Shown: in pieces, positions 1 through 14,081 of the stretch
How the letters are laid out: each line of letters begins with the position of its first letter
Numbering within the stretch: the first letter of the stretch is position 1
DNA from: the human T2T-CHM13v2.0 reference genome, Homo sapiens
Assembly: GCF_009914755.1 (NCBI RefSeq)
Contig: NC_060929.1
Length of the DNA stretch: 64,000 nt
Direction: 5' to 3' (one strand)
Notes under the pieces: model-generated
Told to the model about the DNA's origin: nothing
What the model saw: only the letters and a program-made list of their open reading frames with translations
Database searches by the model: none
Program-made: the position numbers and the translations under genes

Positions 1-12
1 TTTCTCTGATAG

Positions 13-116
13 GTGAAGATGAGGATGAATTTGAGAATTTCATGCTGCCTCTTACAGTTGCTTTTGAAACAGTATTACAAATATTCAACAACAACTTTAA
101 ACAAGAAGATGTAAAG
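13..116 (+). CDS. RANBP17: RANBP17 internal coding exon A (104 nt)
   Basis: AG at 11-12, GT at 117; encodes (G)EDEDEFENFMLPLTVAFETVLQIFNNNFKQEDVK; joins exon B in phase 0; XPO7/RANBP17-family sequence. Confidence 0.92.
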
Positions 117-1559
117 GTGGGTTTGTTTCCAAATATGAGGAATGACAGTTTTGTTTTTTCTAGGATATCTAGATCCAGAAAAGGGCTTTGCATATCTGTG
201 TGTACTCTTTGCCTCCTCAGACCTGCTTTCCCAATTGCATGTCTTTAATTTTTACTTTTATTTAAGCATTTTTCTAGTTTCTTAGACAAATGGACTTTGA
301 GGTCAGCAAATAGTTTTGGACAGTCAGTTCATGATAAGATGACATAGATTTGTTTCCTCTGGCAGTTACTATCTTTAATAGGATATTTCTTGTGGGTACA
401 CCACTTTAAACACCCCTATTCCCTCATCTATCCTGCACTGTTATGTTACAACAGATCTATATGGAGGAATGCACAAACATACACATACTAAAACACTACA
501 TCTCTAAATATTTTTTTAAACAAGAATTTATATAAATCAAGACTTTATTAAATGGCTAGGCATATATGTATAAATAGGAACTGGTCTTGAAGTATTGCAT
601 TCTTAAACGGAACAAAGTGATTAGGATAACTGATAGCTAAATAAGGTTTTTATGTGCCTGTGGGAGCCATATTAGGATTGATTTGACAAGTCAGTTCAGC
701 TGTGGCAACAGTCATAATATCTAAGACAACATTATGTTTTATTAGTAAAATCCTTAAGTGTAGCAAGCTGTCTGTGACAAAACAGCCCCGTATTTTAAGG
801 AGGGGGATGGGAAGCACAAGCACTGCTAAATAGAAATAGTATCTTCTGAAATTATAATGTATCAGGGAAATATTAAATAAATTGACACTGATTATTATTT
901 TTAACAGACTAATAAATGCACTCCAGAGAATGTAGACACCTTTGTTGGTGATAATTGAGTCATATATTTCATAGTTATTTGAAGTATGTTGGAAATATTA
1001 ACCATCTTTTGCATAGTGTCTCTTCACCAAAAAAAAGAAAACAAAAACAAAAAAACTAACAGTAAGAAGCCAAATAGAAAAATGACACCCTTTGATAATT
1101 ATCTTTATGTAATTCTTCTACCAAAAAATAATCAGCCAAATGCTATACCTCTTAATTTAAAAGAATTTTTGAAATTAATGTTTATCAGCATGCTATAGTT
1201 ATAGAATTTTAAAACCAAAAGAAGGATCTTACAGATTCTGTTTGTGTTTATAGTCTTCCTGAAATTCTTCACCAGAGTTTCCACTCAGGTTAGCTGTATC
1301 TTTTAGATGTCTTCCAAATATTTTCAGTGACCAACAAAATCTTTGCAGCTTTTAGGTTGCTATTTCTGCCCTTTATCAAAAAGGAGCAGTGAAGTTGAAA
1401 AACATCATCTTTATGAAAATTACATCTGTCTCATCTGAAGATTTCATTATATTCCAAGACCATTTTGTTGTAATCCCATCTAGTTTGATAGAAACCATCT
1501 TCCTAGAGTCATTTTTAATGGAGTTCCAGTGATATATCCCTAAACCAGCAAGTTCTTAA

Positions 1560-2080
1560 CGACCCTGGAAAGTGACTGCTTGATTACACTTTAACGGTAT
1601 TTGCAAATAAAATCACAAGTAATTAAGGGGAAATCTCCAGGCTTTTGAGCAAGTTTGATGCATGATAACTGCCTGATTCAGCTTCATCTAGAGTAATGCT
1701 GTGTAGGCAACAGCTACTGAGATCAATAGCAACGTAATGATAGTGGCAGAATTAAGTGAGTAACCTGAGAACTGTGCCTCAGAATGCATGCAGCTGCCAC
1801 GAACCAAGGCCACACAGTGCACTCCGTGCTTCCGTCCTAAATGTTCATCAAAAGACGCCCTGCAGGAAAATGGAGTTAGATGCTCTTTATTGCTGATCGT
1901 GTCTCTTGCCACATTTATCAGGGAAATTGGATTAGCAGTTGGCAGCTGCAGGTAGACAAGATTCTGCAGTGATTAAATATGCAGCTTGGCTGCATTTGTT
2001 GTGACAGACCTTTAGTAAATTCTACTGTAAGCACCATCTGTCTAATTTGTATAAAGAAAACTTGGTGCTTTAAGCTACCG
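1560..2080. promoter_or_regulatory. Candidate conserved intronic enhancer block(s)
   Basis: Repeat-free; E-boxes CAGCTG (1791, 1943) and CATCTG (2035), TGACAG (2002), TAATTA (1620), palindrome TATTTGCAAATA (1598-1609); conservation cannot be seen from one sequence. Confidence 0.45.
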
Positions 2081-2819
2081 ATAAAAAACTAAATCTGTTG
2101 CTTTATCATAAACAAAACTTTTGCACTAAATGCTTTTAAATGTAATTTATTAGGTTAAGGCTATTTTTCTATCACGATGAATAAATAATACATGCAAAAG
2201 TGCTTTCAGGTACTTCATTTTGCAAGTACTAGAGATAAAAACATTTCTGTTTTGTTCTTCAATAAAGTATTTAGTATTCCAATCCACAGGAGGTGATGCT
2301 GTTAAAATATCTCTATGAAAATGCCGCAGGACTGCCAAATTCATTTAATTTGCACCTCTTACCAGCATTTTCTAACTCCCTATTTATAGATAGTTTCAAA
2401 TGCAGATTTCAGGATAAACTTAAACATTAAGGACCTGTGTTGCCAAATTGAAATACAGTTGTTAGAGGAGGAAATGCAGCAAAAGTGTTAAATTTATAGC
2501 TTTATTTTCTTACTTATTCTTAATAAAATTGAAGAAAACATTGAAATTTTGTCTTGGGTTTTTCTCTTCAAAGTAAAGGGGAAAAGGAAAAAATACTCTG
2601 ACAAATCCTAGCTTTAGAGTACTCTTTCAAAACGTATGTTTCCCCCTATAATTATGTCCATGGTAAAATATAGTCCAGTACTCCCCTGACTCGTGCATCG
2701 TTTTTGATTTGGTCATGACATCATCAGTTTCAAGGAAAATGAATGAAAACTTCTCAGAGAAAGAGAAGCAGTTAAATAGGAACCTGCTATCTTTAGTCCT
2801 TTTGTAAAAACTCCACAAT

Positions 2820-3120
2820 GTTAAATTATTTAAAATCCTTGATTTTCAGCATGCGCACATTAAAAGTTTTCGCACTAAGTGCCAAATGTTGCAAACAGCA
2901 CTTTAACAGAATGATTTTGCTTTGATCCCTGTAGCAGTTCCTGAATAATTTATCACAGGTTATTGCCTTAATTCTGGAGAGGGATAGAGCAATAAAGGCA
3001 GATGAAAACACTCCAGTTGAAACACCTTGGGGCCTGCTCATTCCTCTGACACGGCTCTTTTGTTGGAACTATTTAGAGGTTATTAAGATGTGTCTTCAGA
3101 ATTAAGAGTATGCTGTAAGG
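2820..3120. promoter_or_regulatory. Candidate conserved intronic enhancer block
   Basis: Repeat-free, several TAAT/TTAATT homeodomain cores; inference only. Confidence 0.35.
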
Positions 3121-5104
3121 ATGAAGACAGCCATCTTAATTCTAAAGACAAAGCACAATGACCCTTCACCTTCTTTTTCTTTGTTGTTATTATATAGTAG
3201 AATTATGAGGATAATATTATAGCTGCCCCCAGTAGTGCCACTACAGTAAAGGGTCTGTGAGACTTTCCATTAGAAACCCTGTTTTGGGGGTCAGGGTGGA
3301 AGGAGCCTCGTTTCAGCTGTTTCCCAGCCCATTCGTCTCACACTTGGCACACAGACAACTGTTCACCATGCAGCAGACTGAAGAACTCAGCAGTTTCTCC
3401 CTAACTACCCAAAAAGGAATCCATAGGGTTAGATCTCCAGACATATCCCACTCCCCAAAACAGCCTCACTAAAAATACAAGAGCCTGTCACTCTTCAGAC
3501 CAATCTTGTGTTGACCAACTATAGGAGAGAGGCAACTTTTAAAATAAAACTCTTTGCACTATTTTAAATGAGATGGTAAACTGTAGCTCCTCCTTTCCTC
3601 AAATTCAATAAGATCACCTCTTACGCTCAAATTACTTAGTAGGCTGGTTGAGCTCTTAGTTAACAGCTTTCCTTTTTCATATGGGGGCTGGATATGTTTT
3701 GGCTATTGAGAAAACACTCTCTTTAGTGTTGTTTGTGTATCCATGTAGATTATTGCAGTATTATCTGCTGCTTTGAGATAAAAGATATTGTTTGAGCATA
3801 AGAAATCTATTTCTTATTCACATTAACACTGAATTTTTCTGTTCAGTTGAATTCATTTAAAACATTATTATATGCTTCCTCTGTAGTAACATTTTCTAGA
3901 ATGAAACATTGATATAATTTCATAGCCACATTTTGCCACTTTAAAAAAAAAGCCAATAGATTTGAGTCCTATAGACCACTTCTATTAATTTGATATCGTT
4001 TAAGGAATGAAAAAATTGTGATAAAATAAAAATTAATATTTTTGTATAACGAGGATAGTCTAAAATATTTTTAGAGCCCTTTGTACTAGACACAAAGAAA
4101 GTAAAACTCATGGTTCTTGTTGACTAATTTAGACTTAAATGGTAGATATCTCATGTGTATGTGGAAGCTTAAAATTATTTGAAGCATAGCCTGAAACTTG
4201 TAAGTGTACCTAATAAAAATAGAACAAAAAGCCTACTTTAATAGAAACACTGCAAAGCCAAGGAGTCAGAATAGAATAGTTTGAAGAAGGCTTCTTAGAA
4301 GATGTATTTTGTTCTGGAGGCTTCCAGGAGTGTGAAAAGCTGAGAAAGAGAGGAACAGGCTTCAGGTGGTGAAAAAAGGCTATATAAAAAGGCAAAATGT
4401 TTAAAAACAAGCAGCAGGTTACATGAGGGAACTACAAGGAGGCCAGCTGGTTATAGAAAAATAAGAACTGGTGAGAGTATGAGAAAAAAAGGAGTAAGTA
4501 ATTTAAAGGAGCAGAAACAAAAATTCAGAGTTTTCAAGATTCAGAAATTCAGATAACCATCATTCTGTGAACTGTTAGACAGTGCAGAAACTGAATATTC
4601 CTATAAATAACATCCAGTTATATTGAGTCATCTCTTAGGCAGAAAGAATGGAGAAGATGAGAAATTCTAGATACTTCTGAGAGTTAAACTATTATTTGCT
4701 ACTTTGAAATTAAATTAATTGAATCAGCCATTAAGAGGAGGGTCAGGATTCACTGTTTGCTTAATAATAATTTGAACTCCTTCCTAAAGAGGTTTTCATT
4801 TATTACCAAAGTGTGAGAAAGGAGAAAATCTGGTAGAAAAAAAAGTTCAGAGACCATTTTCTAGCTGAGTATTTGCAATGAAACAGTATCTTTAGAAGTC
4901 ACAGTTGTATATCTCAATTATCGCACCCCCTTGTTTTGTAATTATGTTTATTTGTGCTCTTTGTTCCGACATTCTAGCATCTGTTCATGGGTTTTCTTTT
5001 TCTCTTCCCAAGCATCAACCTAAGGACAGCTTAATTAAGAGTCCAGAGTACAAGTCAGATCTCTTCTATTCAAGAGTCAAGTTTTTGTTTTTTTTCTCTA
5101 AAAC

Positions 5105-5300
5105 TAAATACTTATGGAACATTTACTGTGTATCAAGCTCTGCTAGGCATTTTCACATAAATTTATCACATTTATTTGGCACAGTGCCTCTGTGAGAAAT
5201 GCATTATTAGCCCCTTTTATAGATGACAAAAGTAAGCCTGATAAATTGCCTTGCCTTAAGTTTTAAAGCTGGGATTCAAATTCGAGTCTTATGACATCAA
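5105..5300 (-). mobile_element. MIR (SINE) remnant
   Basis: ACATTTACTGTGTATCAAG..ATTATTAGCCCCTTTTATAGATGA..GCTGGGATTCAAA resembles antisense MIR core. Confidence 0.65.
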
Positions 5301-5866
5301 ATATAGAACTCTTTTCCTTACATCTTCCTCACTTGGGGAATGTGACTGCCATTCTGCGTATATCATAGTACATGTAGGTCACTTGGCCAGTTTTATTTTG
5401 TCCTGAAGTTATTAAGGATATTCATTAGGAATTTTTAAATGCCAGTGCCTTTCTAGGATAGACTCTAAATTATGTTGTGGGGCCGCTTGCATGCAAGCCG
5501 ATGTTCAAGATTTGCTGTTATTAAATAATGTCTAGACCCTGTACATATCTGTTTTGTGTAATTATCAATCCTCATCTTTTTTTTCAGATTTGGCATTATT
5601 CAGAAACAAAGTATATTAAGACTCTAAATGCTTAGCTACACTACTGGAATTATGACTTAGCTAAATTTATAAGAAGTAAAGTGGAGTTGATCAGCAGATT
5701 TGATGGTCTGTTTAAAGAGTCTGTGCTTTTCTGTAGAAAGAGGTCTGAACGAGACATTTTAGCTAATGAATCAAAATCAGATATGTGGTCATTATTGCCT
5801 GATTATTACTCCATCTGCTCTGCGCTAACGTGAAAATCAATTACTGTGTCTCTTTCCCACTGACAG

Positions 5867-5955
5867 CGTATGTTGATCGGGCTGGCAAGAGATCTTCGAG
5901 GGATTGCCTTTGCACTGAACACAAAGACCAGCTACACCATGCTGTTTGACTGGAT
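5867..5955 (+). CDS. RANBP17: RANBP17 coding exon B (89 nt)
   Basis: Pyrimidine tract + CAG at 5864-5866; encodes [29 protein letters not shown](M); followed by U12-type donor GTATCCTT. Confidence 0.93.
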
Positions 5956-6524
5956 GTATCCTTATTACACTGTGACAATACCAGCTCTGTGCACAGAGGG
6001 ATGCCAGGCCCCTCGCTTTCGTTTAATAGTATGGCACAGTAGGGAAGAGGAAACAAAGCTAAATGAACTAATGTGTAATCAGCTAAAAATTACAGCACAG
6101 TGGCAGCAGAGCAGATAACTGAGCACAGTATTTGGAGACCCAGCTCAGAGAAGTCACTTTTTTGGTGCCGTTAAATATTGATAACTTAAAAATGACTTCC
6201 CCCAAATGATTGTTTATGTTGGAGTTGAAGGGATAATCTGGCTAACATCTTTAGGGATCAATGAATCCTACCATTTGACATTTTTGAGGGGAGATTTGAA
6301 TCTCCATCTCAATTAGCAAGGCTGGGAAGATCATTTTATCTCTTCAAGGCCTAACCCATCATGCCACAGTTTTTCATTATCATGAAGATAATGAATGGAC
6401 ATGGAAAGGGAAAAATAAATAAGTCAAGGTTTGTCATTTGGTGTAAAATTTGAATTGACCTTTGCCAAGGGTTAGTACAGACAGGAAAAAAAAAAAAAAC
6501 CCCCCACAGAAATGCCTTATCATG

Positions 6525-6745
6525 TAAGAGTTAAAAGAGCATAGACTTTGGTGATAGACAGACCCGGCTTAAAATCCCAGCTCTTCATTTACTGTGTTGT
6601 GAACCTTGGCAAGTCATTTCACCTGTCTGAGTCTTGGTTTTCTCATTTGAAAACAGATACAATTCAGTATCATGGTATATTGTAACCATTAAAATAGGTA
6701 AAGTGTACTCTGTATAATGTCTGGCACATTTTTGGTAGTTGTAAA
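6525..6745 (+). mobile_element. MIR remnant
   Basis: AAGAGCATAGACTTTGG..AAATCCCAGCTCT..CCTTGGCAAGTCATTTCACCT MIR core. Confidence 0.75.
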
Positions 6746-7337
6746 TGGTCGTTAATATTGTTCTAATAGTGTTGTATGACTTATGTTTGATCCCAGCAGG
6801 AAGTGATATTGTATGCAAGTCATCTAAGTGTTATATAATGCTTTCATGTCTTTTATGCATGAAACCATCAGAGCATGTGAAAAAAATTATATAATCTGAA
6901 AGCTAATTTACTTTTTAATCTAAACTATTTCTCAGTTACTTTTTTTAAACCCTCCTTATCCAAAGTTTCCTGTAAATTAAATTGCAATAGAAACTTCTTA
7001 AAGGTAACTGTCAACTACTATGCCACAGTTATGGCCAAAAATATAACTAATAGGGGATCTAGGCATGTTTTAGGGAGAACTCTACATATTATAAAAATTT
7101 TTAAACATTAATTTGATACTGACATATCTTTAATTATTATTAAAATATACTTCATCAGATTTATGTACCCAGAGAAGGGTTACAGATAAAATTTTTATGT
7201 CATTGAGTAATCATGCACATGGTTTTTATCTACATATAATATGTACAGAGATTATGAAATTTCAACATGGAAAGTCTTAAAATTCTCTTAACAGTGACAG
7301 TTAAACTGGAATTATATATGACCCTTTTATTTCTGCC

Positions 7338-7477
7338 TTTTTTTTAATTTTTAAGATACGGGGTCTTGTATGTTGCTCAGGCTGGACTCAAACTCCTGGG
7401 CTCAAGCGATCCTCCCACCTCAGCCTCCTGACTAGCTGGGACTGTGGTGCTACAGGTGTGCTCCACTGCACCCAGCT
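7338..7477 (-). mobile_element. Free left Alu monomer (FLAM-like)
   Basis: Poly-T followed by a single antisense Alu monomer. Confidence 0.8.
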
Positions 7478-9004
7478 TGACTCTTTTATTTCTCTAAACA
7501 TAAAGAGCAACTCTCAAAATCAAAATTTTCATTATTTGAAAAATAATAAAAGTCTACTTTGGGCACTGTAATATCGATGGTGATCTTGAAACCAGTCTAC
7601 AACTCTAGGCTATCTAGTGATTAACATTTCATGTTTTTCTCTTCAACAGTTTCAACCAAGAGTCAAGGTCAGAAACCTTCCCCTCAGTGTCAAAGAAGAA
7701 CTATCTGCCGTAATTGATACTGCCCAAAATTTAGAGAAGATACTGTATTGTTTTCCATTTCCTTATTTAGCTCCTTTGGGGGTAGCGGGGGAACCTTTCT
7801 GAAATGAAACTTTTGTCCAGCAGATGGCAGAAAATAGCAAACGGAAAATCTTGGGACTTAATGTTTTCTTGTGAACTAGAAACCTTTGTCTCCTCCATTT
7901 GACCATAGATGTTGAAGTTATCAGGGTCAGGGGCGGAGAGAAGTGTCAGTTATGCCAGAAGCTGTGTTAGATTGCCAAATGGGGTGGTTTGGTACTGGCG
8001 TTGCTTATAATAATTGAGTTTCAGTAGCAAATCAGCTTCCTTGGGAAAAGGCCAAGGGCTTTTCATAATTGTATTGACAACAAAATGAATATGATAAATG
8101 GTGTTCATTCAGTTGAGACAAGATTTATAGTTTTCCTTTGGGCGAGGGATGAAGAGCAAATATTTATAATAATAGTAAAATTTGTTTAAAAGTTATATTA
8201 TTTGATAATTCAAAAAGCTTTATTAAAATATTTTGAAATACTTTAAGCAGTTTCAGGTGATAAAGTACAGATTCTTTTCAAAGTATTCAAGTAATGCAAA
8301 AATGAATAAGTATGATAAAAAAATGCCATGGATATGAAAGTCATTTATTTTTCCTGAAATATTGATATGTCAAACCGTCAGTGATGATTTCCACATTACT
8401 GCTGGGGAAAGTTTATTTGCCTTTTATCCACATAAATGTGTGTTCTTTAATTTGTTATACAATCCTTAGCATGCAGAAGAAACATCCTGTAAGAGCACAT
8501 GTCATCTTAAAGTCAAAATGCATTTTATTTATGGCGATTATTTGATAAAATGCTATTTTAGTGGTTAGCTATTTAATTCAAAAACATTTCTATAAACACT
8601 GACTGCATTAACTGCCACACAAACTACATTGCTTTTCACTCTGTCCTTCCAAAACTAAATTGCCTGAAACTACACAGCAACCATCTTGATAAATGGTTTC
8701 CAGGGCTGGAGAATTGAAGGAAGATCATTGACATACTTCTTTGCCCCTATGATGGGAATGCAACAATAAGAAAACACCTTAGCTTGCAGTGCATCTGATC
8801 TCCTTGTTTAAAATTTTCCTAGATCATACTTAAACTGAAGTATCAAAAATCCAGAGGGAAGTTGGGAAAAAAATTAAGAATTTGTATGACATTATTTCCT
8901 CATATGCAGTCTTTTAACTGTTAAAATCTGATCATTGAACTCACTGATTTTTAATCAGGAAGTCAGTGCTGTTATACAGTGGCAAGGCAAGATAACAAGA
9001 TACA

Positions 9005-9235
9005 TAGAGGAGCACAAACTTTGGAATAGGACAGTCCTAGATTCCAGTCCTGGATTCACCACTTAAACTGTGGGTCTTGAGTAAGCTACTTAATATCCCA
9101 GAATCACAATTTCGCTTTCCATAAAACAAGACTAATAAAACCTATCTCACAGGTATGTTGTAAGAAGTGTCATGATTCTGTGATTATGTAAAGGGCCCAG
9201 TACAGTGGCTGACATAAAGTAAATACTCTACAGCT
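9005..9235 (+). mobile_element. MIR remnant
   Basis: TCTTGAGTAAGCTACTTAAT..ACCTATCTCACAGG..GTAAAGGGCCCAGTACAGTGGCTGACATA. Confidence 0.7.
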
Positions 9236-10280
9236 GTTGTTAGTTCTGTTCCCTGATACATAATGAGACAAAGGAATCCCATTTGCTCACTTATTCAGCA
9301 AAGTGGGCTAAGGGCTGTGCTAGGTTCATGAGGAGTATAGATACTACCCCAAACAAAGTCAGTTTCTTATTTACATAAATTACTATAATCAAATATAGAA
9401 AGTGCTAAGAACCATAACAAAGATACAAACAGGACAGTGAGTGCATTTAGCTGGGGAATCAGGAAGGGCTCTCTGGAAAGGTGAAGGTGTTTCCTTGGGT
9501 CTTAACCAAATAAGTAGGATTGGACCATATGGAAATAGGAAGAAATACAGGTTTTCGGTTGGCCTAGGCATCAGGTTTAGGGAGTCAGTAGTGAAGATGT
9601 TTTGTTACATATACCACTCATTTCATGGTTGGAAATGTAGTTTGTTTGGGACTCTTGAATATCAGTCTAAGGAATTTAGACCCTTATTCCATAGGTAGTA
9701 TAAAGAAACTAATGGTTTTGATTGACTAAGAAAATCAGAATTGTTTTCAAGAAGAAAGTAATTGGCAGTATCATTTTGGGCAAACTGAAATAGAGAAGAA
9801 AGTAAAGCTGAAAATTCACTGTTCAGCAAGCTATTTTTTTTTAGTTTTATTTCTGTGCCAGACAAAAGGAATGAAAGAATGAATAAAATGATTGCTCTTT
9901 AGAAGCCCACTCTCTAGTTGATCACACATGACTAATAAACAATAAAATGTCAGTGCGTTATAACAGAGATGCATGCAAAGGGCTATATGAGCATGTATGG
10001 GAAAAAGAGCAGTGCTTTTTGCAAGATATAGAAAGCTTCTCAAGAGAAGTGAAAGTTGAGCAAAGCCTTGAAAGATGGATAGGCATTTGCCAGACATAAG
10101 AGGAAAGGCTTCCAGCAGCAGTCCCCTTGTGAACAAAGGTCCAGATGTTTACATATTCATGGAGTACCTTTAAGCTCTGAACTGGCAAGCTATTTCTATT
10201 CTGGAACCACATCCCCAAACCCTTGTCTCCTAACACTTTTAATGAAAATTCTTTTGCCTTCTGGTATTAACAACTGATGA

Positions 10281-10326
10281 ATAGATGGACGGACGGACAG
10301 ACGGACGGATGGATGGATGGATAGAT
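10281..10326. repeat. Compound (GGAC)n/(GGAT)n microsatellite
   Basis: ATAGATGGACGGACGGACAGACGGACGGATGGATGGATGGATAGAT. Confidence 0.85.
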
Positions 10327-11067
10327 ATTGTAAAGAAGCAAACTTGATACTTTTCACATTTTCATATTTGGTATCCTGTAAGGCAGTGTCACATCATTAA
10401 TGCCTTTGATTTTTAATTTATCTGATGTGGACCTTAGAAATTCATAGAGAAGATCTCAGTGAAAGCAATTAGATCTGTGCTTCTTCTACCTAAGGGCTCC
10501 CATTCTCTTCTTCCTACTCATATGTACATAGTCCTCACAAGGCCATTGGAAAATTAAACTCCTAGAGTGGGTTCTGGTTCTCACCCTGTAATTGAGCCTG
10601 GCACTCTCACTCTGCAGCCCTTTTAACCTCTCTATTGTGCTTTCCAATAATCCCTCATTTTCTCTGTGGCAGTCACCTCTGTCAGAAGCATATTAGAATT
10701 GGCACCACTCTCATTCCACACAGAAAAAGGAGCATCCCCTTATATCTCCCTGCCTTATCCCGTAGTGAATACTGTGTGCTCTGAAAAATATCCTGGTCCT
10801 AATGCCATTATAGGATGCCTTGCAGAGGCCTATGTGTGCCTCTGATATTCTTAGGTTCTGAGATTTGGGTTGAATCCATTTTCTCATGAGCCTTCCAGAT
10901 GCATTCCCACTAATGAGTTTGTGCTCAGGAGGTCCCTTGGTGGAATATTTTCTCACCTGTACCCCTGTGGCATTGGTTCAGAATTTCTGTACTCAAAGCA
11001 TCCCTATTATATGTTGGTCACCCTAATTTGAGCATGTGTTCCCCAAGATTAAAAGCTATATCTTCCT

Positions 11068-12950
<1,883 letters not shown>

Positions 12951-13973
12951 GAAGAAAATTGTGATGACCTCACCATGGAGATTTCTACCCGGACCACACT
13001 GAAAAGAAACACCATTAAGTGATTTAGTTGAGCATTTTGATCTGAAACAAAAGACAAGTATGTTGGAAAACATCGGAAAGAGACTTGAGGATTGGGAAAA
13101 GAAAAGAGAAATTAAGGCAGTGACATAGAGTTTTTCTGCTACAGTTTGGGACCTTAATCCTATATTCATATGTCTACTTGGCAAGGAGATACCCAGTGTA
13201 AATTAAAGGGCCAGTGGAGCTGGGTCAGTTTTCCAGGTTCTGATGGCCTTCAGCATAGATTTATCAGAGGCATATACTCCTTAGCATTAATAAGGATGTT
13301 AGAGAATGTCTCCTTGTGTGTACATGGGACTATCTTTAGTGACACTGATGTTGAGTAGATTAATAGTTACTCAAAGCTTTTCGTCAAGCCAACATCCCAG
13401 ATATTCCTTGGAGCTACAGTGAGACCAAAAAGAGCAATTCAACAATATTTTTTTAAAAAGAATAATGTAATTTTGAAACTGAGAGATATGTGAGGTTTAT
13501 TACTAGTTCCTTCTACTTTTACATATTTATTAATTTCATAATAAAAATATTTTTCTAAGTAGTATAGTACCCAAGAAACTGATAATAATAACTCAAATAT
13601 ATTTTTATCCTCATTCACTAAATTTATTTTCCTTTCCTACAACATTAGGCATAAATCTTTAAATGTACTGCTTATATGATACTTTAAAAATGTGTATTTT
13701 ATTTATACAGTATTCTAAGAACAAAGTAATATAACGTGTAGGACATGTTACAAATAAGAACAAATTGCCAGCAACCCCAAAAATGTATGTATATCTGTGC
13801 AGGTTAGGGAGCGCAATTTATAAAATGCCATTGTATAGTATAGACATAGAACAAATTAGTATAAATATAGAACAAATGTGGATTCCCTTTTGTGTGTGTG
13901 TATGTGTGTGGCACTAATTTTCAGAAACAGTATTTCTTTAGACCCTTAAATTCTTTAACAGGCTTTATAAAAG

Positions 13974-14081
13974 GTACCCAACGTACCTTCCCCTTCTTCA
14001 GAATGCTGTTGAACGGTGGTATGGAGAGCCAACATGTACAACTCCCATCTTGAAACTTATGGCAGAACTTATGCAAAACAG
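13974..14081 (+). CDS. RANBP17: RANBP17 coding exon C (108 nt)
   Basis: Encodes (M)[35 protein letters not shown](R); donor AG|GTAAGC at 14082; missed by ORF track (other frame shown). Confidence 0.92.

Noticed and set aside
1813-1851. CACAGTG heptamer as cryptic RAG signal (RANBP17/TLX3 region hosts T-ALL t(5;14) breakpoints)
   Set aside because: No nonamer-like sequence at 12- or 23-bp spacing here or at the other heptamers I checked.
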